This document shows positions 14,554-15,109 of a DNA stretch of 15,109 nucleotides, one piece after another. Source of the DNA: Acidimicrobiia bacterium (GTDB lineage: Bacteria; Actinomycetota; Acidimicrobiia; Spongiisociales; Spongiisociaceae); the NCBI GenBank assembly GCA_041576165.1, contig JBFGLM010000083.1:1-15109 (forward strand). The letters run 5' to 3'. A model generated the notes under the pieces. The model saw nothing but the letters and a program-made list of their open reading frames with translations. It did not search any database and was not told where the DNA came from. The first letter of the stretch is position 1. Every line of letters begins with the position of its first letter. The position numbers and the translations under genes were made by a program.

Positions 14554-15109
14554 ATGCGAAGACATTTGATACCGGTGCTGGCACTGTTGTTGGTTCTGGC
14601 CGCGGGTGTCCCCGCCGCTTCGGCGGCGTCGACCGAAAAGCAAAGTCCGTCGTGTACGAGCTCAGCCCCGGTCCACCACCGGTGGATCCGATCGCGGGTG
14701 CCTCGGCCAAGGTTCTGCGGGCGAACGATCACGCGAAGGTGCGGATCAAGACGACCGCACCGCCCGGAGACGCGTTGACGATTTGGGTGGTGGCGTTCGA
14801 CGACGCCGTGACCTATTGCGATCCGGCTCAGCCGATCATGCGCGCCAACGGCGAGGCTGTGCCGGGCACGATCTGTGCCGGCTACCCGCCGACTGACGTG
14901 TTCCGCCTGACGGGCGGCGTTGTCCGTGACAACGGCAAGGCCACGTTCACCGGCGAGATCGGCACGGTCAATCACCCGACCGGGGTGCCCGACTACCGAA
15001 CGCTCACCGCCGGCGACGGTGTACTGGACGATGTCGCCGGTTCCGAGTTCCACCTGGTTGTGCGGACTCACGGCCAGGCGCTTCCTGACTTCATGCCCGA
15101 TCAGATTGA
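14554..15109 (+). CDS. Secreted hypothetical protein with an apparent -1 frameshift near 14636-14639; 3'-partial
   Basis: RBS GGGGGA and signal peptide MRRHLIPVLALLLVLAAGVPAASA. The protein-like continuation KAKSVVYELS...TIWVVAFD...GGVVRDNGKATFTG...EFHLVVRTHGQALPD is in the -1 frame and open to the window end. Confidence 0.7.

Overview
High-GC, probably actinobacterial DNA (Acidimicrobiia-like, inferred from the Cys-paired SLH repeats, DUF6458 and several leaderless genes). It is a mosaic of mostly stand-alone genes in mixed orientation. In order: a LolD/MacB-type ABC ATPase with an FtsX-family permease (runs off the left edge), a beta-propeller + 3xSLH surface protein, a CPBP protease, a DUF4386-like membrane protein, an intact leaderless mazEF module (MazE5/MazF5-like) with a clear operator, DUF1801 and 2TM proteins, a MesD-type core methionine synthase with no adjacent mesX, a secreted membrane-anchored protein behind an ECF-type promoter, a class III cyclase fused directly to a TPR-like region with no ATPase or HTH, a DUF6458 peptide behind a SigF/SigB-type promoter, a GNAT-like protein, and a frameshifted secreted protein (runs off the right edge). 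I saw no CRISPR array, transposase, integrase, rRNA or complete tRNA. The best leads are the orphan mesD, the cyclase-TPR architecture, the frameshifted last gene, a short dispersed repeat and several nested-palindrome spacers. All family calls come from motif recognition, not database searches, and I cannot demonstrate a complete novel multi-gene system.
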